Of a stretch of DNA of 64,000 nt, positions 47,761 through 57,156 are shown piece after piece (positions within the stretch are counted from its first letter, which is position 1; the number at the start of each line of letters is the position of its first letter). Made by a program: the position numbers and the translations under genes. The DNA is taken from contig JAEEML010000167.1 of assembly GCA_016283195.1 (NCBI GenBank), positions 688 to 64,687 of the forward strand. Reading direction: 5' to 3'. This stretch comes from Deltaproteobacteria bacterium. GTDB lineage: Bacteria; JAEEML01. The notes beneath the pieces were generated by a model, which had not been told where the DNA came from, did not search any database, and was given only the letters and a program-made list of their open reading frames with translations.

Positions 47761-48396
47761 TCAATCTTCCTCGCCGGTGATTTCCTCTTTTTCATGGCGC
47801 GGCGGCTCGCCTTTGCGGGAAGCAAAGACTTCATCAACGAGGCCGTATTCTTTGGCTTCCATAGCGCTCATAAAGAAATCGCGCTCGGCATCCTGGCGCA
47901 CTTTTTCCACATCTTTGCCGGCATGGTCGGCCAGAATTTGGGTGAGAATTTTCTTCATGCGCAAGATCTCCTGAGCATGAATTTCAATATCGGTGGCCTG
48001 GCCCTGAAAACCGGCCGACGGTTGGTGAATCATAATGCGCGAGTGGGGCAGGGCAAAGCGTTTGCCTTTGGCGCCGCCGGCTAAGAGCACGGCGCCCATA
48101 CTGGCTGCCTGGCCCAGGCAGAGAGTGGAAACATCCGGTTTTATATATTGCATGGTGTCGTAAATAGCCATGCCGGCGGTTACGGCGCCACCCGGGGAAT
48201 TAATATAGAGGCTGATATCTTTGTCCGGATCTTCGGCCTCCAAAAAAAGCAACTGTGCCACCACCAGGCTGGCGATGGTGTCGTTTATCTCTTCGCCTAT
48301 AAAGACAATGCGATCTTTAAGTAAGCGGGAATAAATATCAAAAGCTCTTTCACCGCGGTTTGATTGTTCAATAACTGTTGGTACCAAATAACTCAT
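47761..48396 (-). CDS. clpP: ATP-dependent Clp protease proteolytic subunit
   Basis: …[15 protein letters not shown]…YINSPGG…; short acidic C-terminal extension. Confidence 0.95.
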   Translation of the reverse strand: MSYLVPTVIEQSNRGERAFDIYSRLLKDRIVFIGEEINDTIASLVVAQLLFLEAEDPDKDISLYINSPGGAVTAGMAIYDTMQYIKPDVSTLCLGQAASMGAVLLAGGAKGKRFALPHSRIMIHQPSAGFQGQATDIEIHAQEILRMKKILTQILADHAGKDVEKVRQDAERDFFMSAMEAKEYGLVDEVFASRKGEPPRHEKEEITGEED

Positions 48397-48425
48397 TTTT
48401 CAGCTCCTAGAATGTTTGTTTGGCC

Positions 48426-48454
48426 TTGTCTCTCTTTTGGAGAGATGCGATAAT
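48426..48454 (+). promoter_or_regulatory. Candidate sigma70 promoter TTGTCT-17-TGcGATAAT (extended -10) upstream of the rsmB-like gene
   Basis: Hexamers read directly. A 6-bp TCTCTC/GAGAGA inverted repeat sits in the spacer. Confidence 0.3.
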
Positions 48455-48540
48455 ACCTATACCTATTTCTTGGGGAAGGTCAAAGCCCTTTACCAGATAA
48501 TTGATGTTTTTTTCTAAAAAAGTTATGGGGTCATGAGCTG

Positions 48541-49488
48541 ATGCTGAAAAATTTGGATTTGCCGCAAGAATTTTTGGAACGTATCGAGGAGATAATTCCT
48601 CCGGAATACCATGAGCGGCTGGTAGATTTTTTCACTCACGGAGCTATGCCCTCGTTTCGGGTTAATCGCCTTAAAGCCACTGTAAAAGACGTAATAAGCG
48701 AGCTTACCGCGGCCGGCTTTCATCCCGAGCCCAAACTCGGTACTTTTGCTTTTTCCCTGCCGTATGAGGAGCGCGAAGCACTAACCCATCACCATCTGGC
48801 CGCAGGCGGGCAAATATATATCCAGAGTCTGGCCAGCATGGCAGCGGTTTTGGCCCTTGATGTGCAGCCGGATATGGAAGTTTTGGATACTTGCGCCGCT
48901 CCCGGGGGAAAAACACTGCTTATTGCCGATATTTTGCAAAATAGCGGTCGGTTAGCGGCAGTGGAAGCAGTGCGCCCGCGTTTTTTCAAACTAAAAGGGC
49001 AGGTGGAGGCTGCCGGAGCCAAGGTGGCTCTTTATCAAAGCGATGCCCGCCTTTTAGGGCGCAAAGTGCCGGCCCGTTTCGACCGGGTTCTGGTGGATGC
49101 GCCGTGTTCATCGGAAGCGCGCTTTAAAGCCGGTGACGCTAGCACCTATAACCATTGGAATATGCATAAAATTCATGAAGTTGCCGGCAAACAAAAGGCT
49201 ATTTTGGCTGCGGCCTGCCGCACTTTAAAGCCCGGTGGTACGCTGGTTTACTGTACTTGTTCATTTGCGCCGGAGGAAAACGAAGCCCAGCTTTCGGCTA
49301 TTTTGCAAAAAATTCCCTCTCTTCATTGCGTTCCTTTTAAGGCCCCGCTTCCGGCTGTCCCCGGTCTTACGGCCTGGCGTGGTAGCCAATTTCATGCTGA
49401 ATGTGTAAATTCTCTCAGAATTTTGCCTGGTAGAGAGACACCGGGGCTCTTTATAGCTAAATTGGTGCATTTTAATAGTGGCGAGTGA
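48541..49488 (+). CDS. RsmB/RsmF-family rRNA (cytosine-C5)-methyltransferase (NOL1/NOP2/Sun)
   Basis: DTCAAPGGKT, DAPCSSE and …YCTCS… motifs. Confidence 0.8.
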   Translation: MLKNLDLPQEFLERIEEIIPPEYHERLVDFFTHGAMPSFRVNRLKATVKDVISELTAAGFHPEPKLGTFAFSLPYEEREALTHHHLAAGGQIYIQSLASMAAVLALDVQPDMEVLDTCAAPGGKTLLIADILQNSGRLAAVEAVRPRFFKLKGQVEAAGAKVALYQSDARLLGRKVPARFDRVLVDAPCSSEARFKAGDASTYNHWNMHKIHEVAGKQKAILAAACRTLKPGGTLVYCTCSFAPEENEAQLSAILQKIPSLHCVPFKAPLPAVPGLTAWRGSQFHAECVNSLRILPGRETPGLFIAKLVHFNSGE

Positions 49489-49546
49489 GCACTATTTTGC
49501 GATAATTAAAGTAGCGGATTTTTCCGTTATGCGGAGGAGGTAAAAA

Positions 49547-52030
49547 ATGAGACAGCTTAAAATTTTAACAGCCATGTTGATATTGTCAACGCTGGCTACC
49601 GGTTGCAAGCCGCCGGATCCCAAGAAAAATCGGCCGGATCCCGTGCTCAGCCTGATAGTCGCCAGCTCGGATGGAGATATTTCCAGCTCCAATGCCAGTA
49701 TGGCAGCTTTCCGCGATACAACCATCGCTTTGCGCGTGCTGGCTATGCGCAGTGTGCCCGAAGGTGCCGATGCCGATCTTTACGAAGAAGACGAACTCGG
49801 TCCGGCTAAAAATGAGACTGTCAAATGGGAAGTTGTCGGCAATGCCAAAACCTTTCTCAAATTGAGTGATGAGGGCGGTATTACCACAACCGATAGCGAT
49901 GGTTTTACGATGATGGAGGTGAATATCTCTCCGGAAGCGCGTAATTCCAATTATCAGGTGAGTGCTTCCATCAATGAGGATATCGGTGTTACCTTCTCTT
50001 TAAAAGTTAAAGACGTAGAAAAAAATATTGTCATAGAAGGCAGTAATTCCCGCCGTTTGGGTATGGCTCGTTCCGATATGATTCGTGTTTATGTGCGCAA
50101 TCAGGTCGGCGGCCCCATAGCCAACGAAAAAGTTACTTTGAATGTTATCGACGGCCAGCAAAAATGGGATTCTGCTCACATGGGGCTTAGGCCGGATCCG
50201 TTTACCTTGGACAGCAAAGATGAAAACGGCACTGTTGAAAACGGAAGAGATGTAAAACTCTCTGCCGAATTAATAACCAATGCCCAGGGCCTCGCCACTG
50301 TTTATTTCTTTACCGGTGTGGCTACAGGTATTCATGAGATAAAAGTCAGCGTGGATGGCGTGGAAGAGCTTTCTACACACACTATAACTTATGAAATTGT
50401 CGATTCCACTAGCGGCGCTTGCGAAGTAAACGAAGATTGTTCTTATAGCGAAATTTGCTTGGCTAACCATAAATGCGGTGAGCCGCCTATTCCCTGCGAA
50501 GAGCACGAGAAACCGACAGCCGAAAATCCGCCGTGTCCTGCCGGTTTGGTGTGTAGCGCCAAAGGCCAGGATCGTGTTTGTGAATTTGTCTCTTGCTCCG
50601 GTGATGATTCTTGTAATGCCGGTAATGGTGGTTCTACAGCGTGTGAAGGCGATTACCAGTGTGCTGCCGGTTCTTATTGCTCTCCCGAAGGAGTTTGCAA
50701 AGGCCAAGTTTGTTTTGCTTCCAAGCAAGCCGGCAATTACTGTATTTACCATTATGCTTGTGAAAAAGATGAAGATTGCCCCTCTGTGCACAAATGTGAT
50801 ACCGAGCAGCATTACTGTATTCCATGGGAATTGCCTGATAGCCCTCTGGTTGTAAAGGGAACCTGGTACACCAAATATCACATGGATTTAACTGAAATTT
50901 TAGGTATTTTTGGCCCTGGTGGCCCGATTGGCGAGGTTATCACCTTCTTGCAACTTGTTACCGGCCAGGGGCTGGCTGCCAAAATGACCGAGCAATTGGG
51001 AAATGGTATAATAGCCGCTATCGGCGCCGGTATTCTCCAATCGGCTATACAGAGTGTGGTTAAAGAATATGTGCCACCGTGGATTACCAATTTAATCAAT
51101 GTGCTTGGCGATTTTATCAACCTGTTTAACGATATGCGAGCCAATGGCGCCATGGTTGTTTCGCAGCCGATGCAGAGTTTGAATCTCAACGGTAAGATAG
51201 TTCAGCGCCCCGGTACTTATCTCTATGCCGGTGAAAGATGGGAAAATGTGATTCTCTATCTGCCTTCGATGCCGGCTTGCAAGGGTATGGGCCGCAACTC
51301 GCCGAACTGGCCTGACTGCGCTGCTGTTAATGTGGGTGTTGACGGGCGCGTATCGAATGAATGGAGCGATTCTGATATCCGCATCGGTGTTTACAACAAC
51401 TCTTTTGAAGGCGAATATATCTATGGTATTGATGATGGCGAGCCGACAAATGATGGTGCCAAAGTTCTCTTTAAAGGGCGTAAAACCGAGATGGAAACTC
51501 AGGCGCTTATTATAAATATGCTCGATTTGATTGCTCAGACAGTATCCGCTTCCAGCACTCTCAGCTACAAATCCTTTAGAGAGATGCTCTGTTCATCAAA
51601 AGCGGATGCCAGCGGTAAAGTTGATGTTTGTACCCGCGAAAGTTTGGGTGGTCTCATGTGCGATGGGCTTGGTACCGGCATTTCCAAATTGTCTTGTAAG
51701 ATTGCCGCTGCCGCCTGCCCGTTTGAAGCCAATATCAAGAGCGTAACCACCACTATATGTGAGCCGGCTGCCAGCGCTGCTGCCACTATTTTTGAGCAAA
51801 AAATGAAAACCATGGCTCTTGATCTCAATATTACCGACATGGAATGTGAGGCTCCTATCGAAGCAGATCCCAGTGCTGATTATCGCGCCGGTTCTATGGG
51901 GGTTGACGGCTCGCGAGTTAATGGTACCTTTAAAGCTAAAGCCAGAATAGAAGAAAGTGGCGGTAGGCCGATAAGCGGTACCTGGGGTGGTCATCGCGAT
52001 GCCAATGTTATGAAGAATCTGGAAGATTAA
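49547..52030 (+). CDS. Large lipoprotein with Ig-like beta regions and a Cys-rich repeat module
   Basis: Lipobox LATGC. Residues ~290-420 carry about 30 Cys in CxxxxDC…C…C repeats. 827 aa. Confidence 0.5.
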   Translation: MRQLKILTAMLILSTLATGCKPPDPKKNRPDPVLSLIVASSDGDISSSNASMAAFRDTTIALRVLAMRSVPEGADADLYEEDELGPAKNETVKWEVVGNAKTFLKLSDEGGITTTDSDGFTMMEVNISPEARNSNYQVSASINEDIGVTFSLKVKDVEKNIVIEGSNSRRLGMARSDMIRVYVRNQVGGPIANEKVTLNVIDGQQKWDSAHMGLRPDPFTLDSKDENGTVENGRDVKLSAELITNAQGLATVYFFTGVATGIHEIKVSVDGVEELSTHTITYEIVDSTSGACEVNEDCSYSEICLANHKCGEPPIPCEEHEKPTAENPPCPAGLVCSAKGQDRVCEFVSCSGDDSCNAGNGGSTACEGDYQCAAGSYCSPEGVCKGQVCFASKQAGNYCIYHYACEKDEDCPSVHKCDTEQHYCIPWELPDSPLVVKGTWYTKYHMDLTEILGIFGPGGPIGEVITFLQLVTGQGLAAKMTEQLGNGIIAAIGAGILQSAIQSVVKEYVPPWITNLINVLGDFINLFNDMRANGAMVVSQPMQSLNLNGKIVQRPGTYLYAGERWENVILYLPSMPACKGMGRNSPNWPDCAAVNVGVDGRVSNEWSDSDIRIGVYNNSFEGEYIYGIDDGEPTNDGAKVLFKGRKTEMETQALIINMLDLIAQTVSASSTLSYKSFREMLCSSKADASGKVDVCTRESLGGLMCDGLGTGISKLSCKIAAAACPFEANIKSVTTTICEPAASAAATIFEQKMKTMALDLNITDMECEAPIEADPSADYRAGSMGVDGSRVNGTFKAKARIEESGGRPISGTWGGHRDANVMKNLED

Positions 52031-52061
52031 GCCGCTTTTTAATTCCTGCTGTTAAGACTTT

Positions 52062-53456
52062 TTAAATCCCGCTCAGTTTATCATTTAATCTTTGAATACG
52101 GTGACTTATTGCTTCGCGCTCGTCGTGAGATAAGGGCAGGGAGGCATACTTTTCGGCCATTATGAGCGCGGCTTTGTAATCAGCCAGATCATGCTCTAAA
52201 TATTTGCATATTTCCAGCATGGCCAAGTGGTTACCGGGGGCTAACTCGAGCAGGCGTTGCCAGTGGCAAATAGCGGCCGGGCGCCCCTTGAGACGCTTCA
52301 CGCAAAAGGCCAGCTCTGTGAGATTAGAGAGCATAACATCATGATCTTTAAAGCGTTTATCGGCGGCCATAGCAAATATTGCAGCCGCTTCTTCCGGGGC
52401 GCCCTCTTTGCACAGATGGCGACCATAGCTGTAAAGGTCTTCCGCTTGGGCCTGGCCGGCGGCGGCAGCGCGTATTTGCCTGGCTATAGCTGTGGTGAGC
52501 GCGAGCAGAGTAAGTATATCTATTTTATTATGGTAAAATACGCGCTCCATGAGCGGGGCGGGCCGCCCGTGCAGGTAATCAAAATATATTTGCGGCACTT
52601 CGCCCCCATCTACATCATCGGAACGGTTAATACCCATGACGCACTCTTCTAGGCGCTTTAAATTGCACTCTTTGAGGCGCGTACGCCAAAGGCGCCTGGA
52701 AAGGTGAATCAAATCCAGATGGGGGCGATTTTCCAAATCTCCGGCGAGGCGGTTTAAAATGAGGCGGCTTATAAGTAGCGGCAAATCAAAAGTTTTGCCG
52801 TTGAAACTCACCAGAGAAGAAGAGCCTAAAAAGGCCATAAAATGGGCCAGCATTGCCGCCTCGCCGGCCGGAGTGCGCACAAAATATTGGCGAATTTGGA
52901 AAGAATTGCCCGTGAGGCGGCCCGCCCCGATCATGAACGGCAAAGTGCCGGTGCCGCCGGCCAGGCCGGTCGTCTCTAGGTCAAAAAAGAGTGCGCCGCT
53001 CAAATCCTTGGCAAAGCATGCGATATTGGCCGTTAGTTCATTTAGCGCGGCACTGCTGGAGGTGAGCAGAATATCGCCGTGTAAATAGGGGAGATCATAA
53101 AAACTATCCACATAAAAAACTTCTCCGGCGGCGCTATTTTCCACATGGGCACCGGGGAGCGACTCGGGATCAAATACGGCGCTTTTAGAATTTTTGGGCT
53201 CTCTTTCCTGCGGGGGATCAAGTGGCTCGTTGATGGTAAAACAAAAGGGCTCAGTGCCAATGACAGTTGGTGCTATTTTTTGTAATTTTTTTTGTAAATC
53301 AGCTAAGATAGCGCGTTTTTCGCTGGCGGCATTTGAGCTGGTTACCGGCGCTGAGTCCGGCAAAGAAGTTGCTACTGGTTTAGGGGTTTCGACAGGCTCT
53401 TTTTTATGCGGAGCAGTATCGCCAAGCTGGCGGATTAATTTATCCTTTAGGCCCAT
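52062..53456 (-). CDS. RNase-H-like (DEDD/YprB-type) exonuclease domain protein with C-terminal TPR-like region
   Basis: ALFFDLETTGLAGG is exonuclease motif I. A helical C-terminus. 464 aa. Confidence 0.45.
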   Translation of the reverse strand: MGLKDKLIRQLGDTAPHKKEPVETPKPVATSLPDSAPVTSSNAASEKRAILADLQKKLQKIAPTVIGTEPFCFTINEPLDPPQEREPKNSKSAVFDPESLPGAHVENSAAGEVFYVDSFYDLPYLHGDILLTSSSAALNELTANIACFAKDLSGALFFDLETTGLAGGTGTLPFMIGAGRLTGNSFQIRQYFVRTPAGEAAMLAHFMAFLGSSSLVSFNGKTFDLPLLISRLILNRLAGDLENRPHLDLIHLSRRLWRTRLKECNLKRLEECVMGINRSDDVDGGEVPQIYFDYLHGRPAPLMERVFYHNKIDILTLLALTTAIARQIRAAAAGQAQAEDLYSYGRHLCKEGAPEEAAAIFAMAADKRFKDHDVMLSNLTELAFCVKRLKGRPAAICHWQRLLELAPGNHLAMLEICKYLEHDLADYKAALIMAEKYASLPLSHDEREAISHRIQRLNDKLSGI

Positions 53457-54189
53457 CTTTTCTCAAAATCCTTCCTAGAATGAGGCCCAGCTCAAAAAAG
53501 AGTATGAGCGGAATAGCCATGGCAATTTGGCTTATTGGGTCGGCAGGGGTGCAAAGAGCGGCAATCAAAAAGGCCAAAACCACATATATGCGCCGCCACT
53601 TACTAAGGCGCTCCGGAGAAATAATGCCCGATATAATGAGCATGGCCACAATGAGCGGCGTTTCAAAAACCAGGCCAAAGGCGAGCAAAAGCTGAATAGC
53701 CATAGAGAAGTAGCGTTCCATGGAAATAGTGGCTTCAATGCTATCCGGCAGCCAGGCGATGATAATCTCCATAGTATAGGGTAAAAGAAAAAAATAAGTG
53801 GTGGTAATACCGGCCAGAAAGAGCAGTGTGCCAATGGTGATAACCGGCCATAAAAAGCGTTTTTCGCCCTGTTTTAGGCCGGGAGCCACAAAGTGCCAGA
53901 TTTCTCCCAAAAGGTAAGGAAGAGCCAAAATAACAGCCGCAAAGAGGGCGGTTTTTATATAGGTAAAAGCCTGTTCCAGCGGGCTTATAACCACCATTTT
54001 TAAGCCATGCGCATCGGCGATGGTGGTTAAAGGCTTAGCCAAAACGGCATATATTTGCTCGGCAAAGGCAAAGGAGACGAGGGCAAGCAGAAAAACCACA
54101 ATCAAACTGCGGATAAAAGCCGACCTAAGCTCGCGTAAATGCTGGGTAAAGGGCATTTCTTTCGCGCTTTTTGCTTCTATGTCAGCCAT
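53440..54189 (-). CDS. tatC: Twin-arginine translocase subunit TatC
   Basis: …FTQHLRELRSAFIRSLI…, 6 TM. Confidence 0.9.
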   Translation of the reverse strand: MADIEAKSAKEMPFTQHLRELRSAFIRSLIVVFLLALVSFAFAEQIYAVLAKPLTTIADAHGLKMVVISPLEQAFTYIKTALFAAVILALPYLLGEIWHFVAPGLKQGEKRFLWPVITIGTLLFLAGITTTYFFLLPYTMEIIIAWLPDSIEATISMERYFSMAIQLLLAFGLVFETPLIVAMLIISGIISPERLSKWRRIYVVLAFLIAALCTPADPISQIAMAIPLILFFELGLILGRILRKDGPKG

Positions 54190-54391
54190 TATTTTGCTCT
54201 TTGGGCGGTGTTTTGTCGTTATTCTCGAGCGGCATTTCCAATAAATCGCGTTTTATTTCGGCCTCTGTGTGCCGGAGATCAGCTATAAAACGTGCTACTT
54301 TGCCTGCTGCTTTGGGCAATTCTTCGGGGCCCAGCACAATGAGTGCCACTATTAAGATAACGACAATTTCTGTGAAGCCGACCCCGAACAT
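54182..54391 (-). CDS. tatA: Twin-arginine translocase TatA/E-family subunit
   Basis: FGVGFTEIVVILIVALIVLGPEELPKAAGKVAR. Confidence 0.85.
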   Translation of the reverse strand: MFGVGFTEIVVILIVALIVLGPEELPKAAGKVARFIADLRHTEAEIKRDLLEMPLENNDKTPPKEQNNG

Positions 54392-54424
54392 AATAATTGT
54401 AGGAAATTAAAAAGGCGAAATATT

Positions 54425-56041
54425 TTAGCCAACTTTAGACAGGGTGGAAGATACTATTTGCTTGAGATTGCTCATTTTTTCTTGATTCTCTGAATCAAGG
54501 TTATTCATAAAAGAGCTGAACTTTGTCTCAAATTGGTCAAAACTGCTACGGCTGTTTTTAGCATATTCCGAAACGTGGCCGATAACCTGATTCATCTCTA
54601 AGAGGGCATTGTTGATATCCTGGCAGGCCTTGCTTTGCTCGGTGGAACTGCGCTCAACATGTTCGGAAATAAGGCGCATTTTGTTGGCTGCTTGCACCAA
54701 TTGCTCACTGCCTCTGGCCTGCTCATTGGTGGCCATGGATATTTGTTGGACATTTTGGGCGATTTTGGTGATAGCTTCGGCTACTTGCTTGGAGCTTTGG
54801 GTTTGCTCAACTGTAGCTTGGGCAATGCCTTTAATCATGATCATGGAGTGGCCGACACTCTCCAGAATTTTGCGCAAAGCATTATCGGCTTCGTAGCTCA
54901 AAGTAACACCTTGTTCAACATGAACAGTTCCTTGCTCAATAACGCCGACGGCATGTTTGGTTTCGTCTTGGACGCTCTTGATGAGGGCGGCAATTTCTTT
55001 AGTGGAATTGCCGGTACGCTCGGCCAGATCTTTAATTTCGTTGGCGACAACGGCAAAACCGCGGCCATGTTCACCGGCCTGAGCAGCGATAATAGCGGCA
55101 TTTAGAGCCAGGAGGTTGGTTTGCTCGGCAACTTCGTCAATAACGCTCAAAATAGCGCCGATTTCTTCAATTTTGGATTCCAGCGATTTGATGGCCTCGG
55201 TAGATGATTCGGAAGTCTCTTTAATGCGGTTGATACCGGCAATAGTGCGCGAGATGGCATCCACACCGTGATCAGCATCTTTGTTGACTTCTTCGCTTAA
55301 TTTGGCTGTTTCCATGGCGTTGTTTTCTACTTGACGAATGGAAGCATCCATTTGATTCATGGCCGCGGCTGTCTCTTCGGAAAGAGCAGAAAGTTCATCA
55401 ATATTTCTGGCCACTTCTTTGATGGTGAAGGTCATTTCTTCAATATTGCTGGATGTTTCTTCGGTGGCTTCGGACATTTGTTGAATATGTTCGGTTACCT
55501 CGCTGCTACTGGCGACAAGTTCCATAGCTGCAGCCGATGTGCTGTGCGTGGTATTAGCCATTTTGTCGAAAGCATCAACACCGGTGAAAATGGTATTTTT
55601 AGCTTTTTGTAAAGTGCCGCTAAGGTCTGAATAATCAATTTTTTCGCTGGCGGCTGTTTCCAGGTGACCGTTTATTTTGCTGACAGCCTGGCGGAGTTCG
55701 TTAGCTTTTTTGTTATCGGCAGGTGAAGCTTCTTCGCTTTCTGCGGCTTCTTTGGTTTTAGCCAGCTCATCTTGGGCACTTTTTAGAGCTTTTTCCATGG
55801 AAGAAATGGCGCGGTAAGCCATAAAAGCGCTGGCGAGTATAGCGACAATGGCCCAAAATCTGCCGGCGCTGCCCATGGATTCGGCGGCACCAATGGCCTG
55901 CTCAATGGCCGATTCCTCATCAATGCCACTCATGATGATCGAAGCGGTGATGGCAAAAACAATAATAAAACCAAGTAGTAAACCGGCATAACCTATTAAA
56001 ACCCGCTTCATCTCTTTTGATAACTGCATTATATCCTCCAA
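54425..56041 (-). CDS. Methyl-accepting chemotaxis protein
   Basis: Two N-terminal TM helices. The signalling-domain core is LALNAAIIAAQAGEHGRGFAVVANEIKDLAERT. Confidence 0.85.
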   Translation of the reverse strand: MEDIMQLSKEMKRVLIGYAGLLLGFIIVFAITASIIMSGIDEESAIEQAIGAAESMGSAGRFWAIVAILASAFMAYRAISSMEKALKSAQDELAKTKEAAESEEASPADNKKANELRQAVSKINGHLETAASEKIDYSDLSGTLQKAKNTIFTGVDAFDKMANTTHSTSAAAMELVASSSEVTEHIQQMSEATEETSSNIEEMTFTIKEVARNIDELSALSEETAAAMNQMDASIRQVENNAMETAKLSEEVNKDADHGVDAISRTIAGINRIKETSESSTEAIKSLESKIEEIGAILSVIDEVAEQTNLLALNAAIIAAQAGEHGRGFAVVANEIKDLAERTGNSTKEIAALIKSVQDETKHAVGVIEQGTVHVEQGVTLSYEADNALRKILESVGHSMIMIKGIAQATVEQTQSSKQVAEAITKIAQNVQQISMATNEQARGSEQLVQAANKMRLISEHVERSSTEQSKACQDINNALLEMNQVIGHVSEYAKNSRSSFDQFETKFSSFMNNLDSENQEKMSNLKQIVSSTLSKVG

Positions 56042-56139
56042 ATTTAACGTGTCTTACTGAGTTGGTGCAGCATTTAAGAGCAAGAGCCAACAGAGTCCAT
56101 ATATTACTTTTTATGGCGCTTTTGTCCACAGAAAATATA

Positions 56140-57156
56140 CTAAATCTGTAGCGTCATGGCTAAATTATATTGGCCGGCGGCACGAGCCAGATTGTGCTCA
56201 TGGGCTGAGGCGAATTTGCTGCTATCCCAAGCGAAATTCTGCGGAATAAAAGCTTCTTTGGCAAAACGGGCGGCGAGTTCCAGGGAAATGGTGCGCACAG
56301 CCTGCAGCAGAAAGGGCTTCAGCGGAATCAAAGCATCTTTGTTACTTTGCTCATAGCCGGTTAAAAAAGCTTCCCAGTATTCAAATTTAAAAGCGGCATT
56401 TTCGGCATCTTCGGCCGGGGCGGCAAAAGAGCGCAGGGCATCGGCCAGTTCCGTGATTAGCGCGCGCCGGGCAAAAGTGTCCAAATCCACCATCGTGAGG
56501 GCCTTGGTTTCATGGTAGAGAAAGTTGGCTATTTTGGGATCTCCGTGGAGAGTGCCTATAGAAAATTTTTTAAAATCAAGGAGATTATCTTCCTCTTTTA
56601 AAATGGCGGCGGCCAGTTTTTTTAGATCTGCCAGGCCGCTAAAATCAGGTGTAGCCCCAAGGACCTTTTTAAGCTCACCAAAATGCCAGGGACTATCATG
56701 CACATGCTCGCGTATATGCTGAAAATTATAATTAAAATCAGATAAAACCCGGTGGTACTCACCAAGTAATCTCCCAGCGCTTTCGGCATGTAGGGCAGTG
56801 GGAGTCGCTAAAAATGTTTGGCCGGGAATATAAGTAAGTGCCCGCCAAATAAAGCCCTCATTATCGCTGACAAAAAGCTGATTATCAGCTGTTTTTATGA
56901 GCTTTGGTGTTGTTAAACCATGGGCTTTTAAGTGAGCGGTAACAGCCTCTATATCGTTAAGAACAGCAGCTTTAAAAATTGGGCTTAGGCGCTGGAGAAT
57001 AAACGGCCTGGTGCCCGGCGGAGTCAGCAGAAATGTTTGGTTGATGAGGCCCCCGGCCAGTTTTTGGCAGGTCGTCTCACGGCACCGGTAGGCCGCGCAA
57101 ATTTCCGGCGCAATAGGCGGGGTGGCGGAAAGCCCAGATAAAGCAGCTTTATTCAT
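56140..57156 (-). CDS. Phosphotransferase-family (APH/choline-kinase-like) protein
   Basis: Brenner-type HGDPKIANFL and DLD motifs. The start ATG at 57156 overlaps the upstream gene's stop (ATGAATAA). Confidence 0.55.
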   Translation of the reverse strand: MNKAALSGLSATPPIAPEICAAYRCRETTCQKLAGGLINQTFLLTPPGTRPFILQRLSPIFKAAVLNDIEAVTAHLKAHGLTTPKLIKTADNQLFVSDNEGFIWRALTYIPGQTFLATPTALHAESAGRLLGEYHRVLSDFNYNFQHIREHVHDSPWHFGELKKVLGATPDFSGLADLKKLAAAILKEEDNLLDFKKFSIGTLHGDPKIANFLYHETKALTMVDLDTFARRALITELADALRSFAAPAEDAENAAFKFEYWEAFLTGYEQSNKDALIPLKPFLLQAVRTISLELAARFAKEAFIPQNFAWDSSKFASAHEHNLARAAGQYNLAMTLQI

